A stretch of 64,000 bases of DNA from the human T2T-CHM13v2.0 reference genome, Homo sapiens. Numbering within the stretch: position 1 is the first letter of the stretch; each line of letters begins with the position of its first letter. The notes under the pieces were generated by a model, which saw nothing but the letters and a program-made list of their open reading frames with translations, had not been told where the DNA came from and made no database searches. The position numbers and the translations under genes are program-made. Positions 63,265 to 64,000 of this stretch are shown here, in pieces. The stretch is from NCBI RefSeq assembly GCF_009914755.1, contig NC_060929.1. One strand, 5' to 3'.

Positions 63265-63455
63265 ACAGTTTTTGAGGGCTATGTACCAGGCACTGAATAA
63301 GGTGTTTTTCACGTATTAACTCCTGAGGGAAGCTGCTATTATTATCCTGACTTTTAAATTTAAAAACTCCTAAGAAACAGAGAGGTTAAATTACTTGTGT
63401 GATGCCACACAGCTAGCAAGTGACAGAGTTTGGCAGTCTTTGCACATAACCATTA
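63265..63455 (-). mobile_element. MIR SINE
   Basis: CTATGTACCAGGCACTG..CAGAGAGGTTAAATTACTTG..CACACAGCTAG. Confidence 0.7.
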
Positions 63456-63494
63456 CATTACCCCAACAATAAGCAGTTAGAAAATGTAATAAGT

Positions 63495-63821
<327 letters not shown>

Positions 63822-64000
63822 TCAAGAACCACTCAAACAAACAAACAAAAAACACACACTAGGGAAAATGATTTTAAGAGATATATTTTTAAATATTTAA
63901 AGCAAGACCAAATTGCAATACTCAAAATTATATTACATGGATGTGAATTCTCCAAAACAACAAAAAAAACTTTGGGGATGGGGTGTGCAAAGGAAGCCTT

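Overview
Human (primate) euchromatic, AT-rich non-coding DNA. It carries a human-lineage AluYa5, primate L1PA/L1PB elements, THE1/MST/MLT/MER21 LTR elements, DNA-transposon fossils, MIR and L2. No intact protein-coding gene, RNA gene or CRISPR-type system is recognisable, and nearly every listed ORF is a decayed L1, Alu or LTR fragment. I see no well-supported new biological system; the interest lies in retrotransposition mechanics readable from the sequence. (1) Three young L1PA2-4 copies are all 5'-inverted (twin-primed). (2) One target site is present three times after successive L1 insertions (60.6-63.0 kb). (3) An AluYa5 and an L1 share one TTTTT/AAAAA site in opposite orientations. (4) A multi-level nest at 48.0-57.4 kb contains an apparently polyadenylated, U5-less ERVL/MER21 retrocopy and two orphan non-L1 inserts with poly(A) signals. 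(5) There are several templated local rearrangements. (6) A CpG-retaining ETS/RFX/MYB motif cluster near 29.8 kb lies next to candidate minus-strand exons that may form an unannotated spliced transcript. Subfamily names are from recalled consensus features and need RepeatMasker/Dfam confirmation; old-repeat boundaries are approximate.
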